From NCBI GenBank assembly GCA_036389075.1, contig DASVQO010000045.1:1-42358 (forward strand): a stretch of DNA of 42,358 nt, read 5' to 3'. The stretch is from Chloroflexia bacterium. GTDB taxonomy: Bacteria; Chloroflexota; Chloroflexia; QHBQ01; JADMIH01. Positions within the stretch are counted from its first letter, which is position 1. Every line of letters starts with the position of its first letter. The notes under the pieces are model-generated. The model worked only from the letters and a program-made list of their open reading frames with translations, ran no database searches and had not been told where the DNA came from. Shown here one piece after another: positions 41,783 through 42,358 of this stretch. The position numbers and the translations under genes were made by a program.

Positions 41783-42358
41783 GGCCTATTTCCTGTAAGC
41801 ACCGTGTCGTACACGCAACATACCTGGCTTATTACCCGGCCTGCGCTGTACCTGGTCTGAACATGACTCCTGAACCTCCCGCCGTACTGCTTGCGCAATT
41901 CTGCAGACATGAGCAAGCGCAGCAGCGCATCGGCTAACGCATCTGGTGAACTGGGTGGCACCAGTATACCTGTCCTACCTGAGTCCAGTACCTCCCTACA
42001 TTGTCCTACCTCAGTGGCCACTGACGCCAATCCTGCCATACCGTACTCTATCAGTGCCAGGGGGAGCCCTTCGGAGATTGAACTCAGAACTCCGATGTCG
42101 CACTTTTCTAATATCGCAAAAACGTCAGATTGTTCTCCCATCAACGTGATATTTCGAGCCAGATCATGTTGTACTATCTCCTGCTCAACACGCTCCACAT
42201 AACTTTTAACGCTGGTCGCGCCCACGAGCAGAAGATGCACATCTGGTACTTGCTCTCTAACCTTAGCAAGGGCATTAATGAGAGTAAGATGATCTTTCTG
42301 CGGGCGGAGGTTAGCCACACATACAATCCGCGTTCCGGGCTGTCCAAGCACAACAGTT
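41779..42358 (-). CDS. Glycosyltransferase family 4, C-terminal part (5' end beyond the window edge)
   Basis: The frame stays open to base 42358. RIVCVANLRPQKDHLTLINAL...SSISEGLPLALIEYGMAGLASVATEVGQCREVLDSGRTGILVPP is a GT-B C-domain that begins mid-protein. Confidence 0.8.
   Translation of the reverse strand, partial: TVVLGQPGTRIVCVANLRPQKDHLTLINALAKVREQVPDVHLLLVGATSVKSYVERVEQEIVQHDLARNITLMGEQSDVFAILEKCDIGVLSSISEGLPLALIEYGMAGLASVATEVGQCREVLDSGRTGILVPPSSPDALADALLRLLMSAELRKQYGGRFRSHVQTRYSAGRVISQVCCVYDTVLTGNRP

Overview
This is a 42.4-kb window from a high-GC bacterium. The lineage cannot be fixed from sequence alone. SLH-like wall-anchor domains, an F420/LLM oxidoreductase, an ECF42-type sigma module and possible leaderless starts fit a Chloroflexota- or Actinomycetota-like monoderm, but that is inference.

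The window has two parts.

(1) About 1-22.9 kb is very GC-rich and looks like core genome. It carries:
- a 5'-truncated AMP-dependent acyl-CoA synthetase, a CoxG-like SRPBCC protein and a hypothetical protein;
- a minus-strand operon of cyclase, FAD medium subunit, 2Fe-2S small subunit, molybdopterin large subunit (AYRGAGR-type, not the form-I CO-dehydrogenase motif) and amidase, broken up by three long AT-cored intercistronic hairpins, two of which have arms made of tandem heptamers;
- peptide deformylase, then a 600-bp intergenic region packed with about 170-bp palindromic elements;
- a GT-C-like membrane protein and a secreted PQQ-like propeller protein;
- a DGPF/YciI + VOC + ECF42-type sigma module and an LLM oxidoreductase;
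- a 1,246-aa beta-helix protein with three Cys-containing SLH-like repeats.

(2) From about 23.1 kb to the window end the sequence is visibly lower in GC and looks accessory. It opens with a tRNA-Gln-like 3' fragment followed by a terminator hairpin. It then carries:
- a split STAND NTPase (an HTH-NB-ARC gene plus a separate TPR gene) divergent from a minimal thiazole/oxazole-type RiPP cluster (candidate 72-aa precursor, fused RRE-E1-like-YcaO cyclodehydratase, SagB-type dehydrogenase);
- an orphan phage-like Zn-ribbon protein and a second SLH-like surface protein;
- a still more AT-rich glycan cluster, truncated at the right edge: wecB, three GT4 glycosyltransferases, a formyltransferase-fold protein, a CapK/PaaK-like adenylating enzyme and a Wzy/O-antigen-ligase-like membrane protein.

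I found no rRNA, intact tRNA, CRISPR array, transposase or integrase. Many long antisense or out-of-frame ORFs in the track are GC-bias artefacts. All functional calls rest on motifs read by eye; no database search was run.
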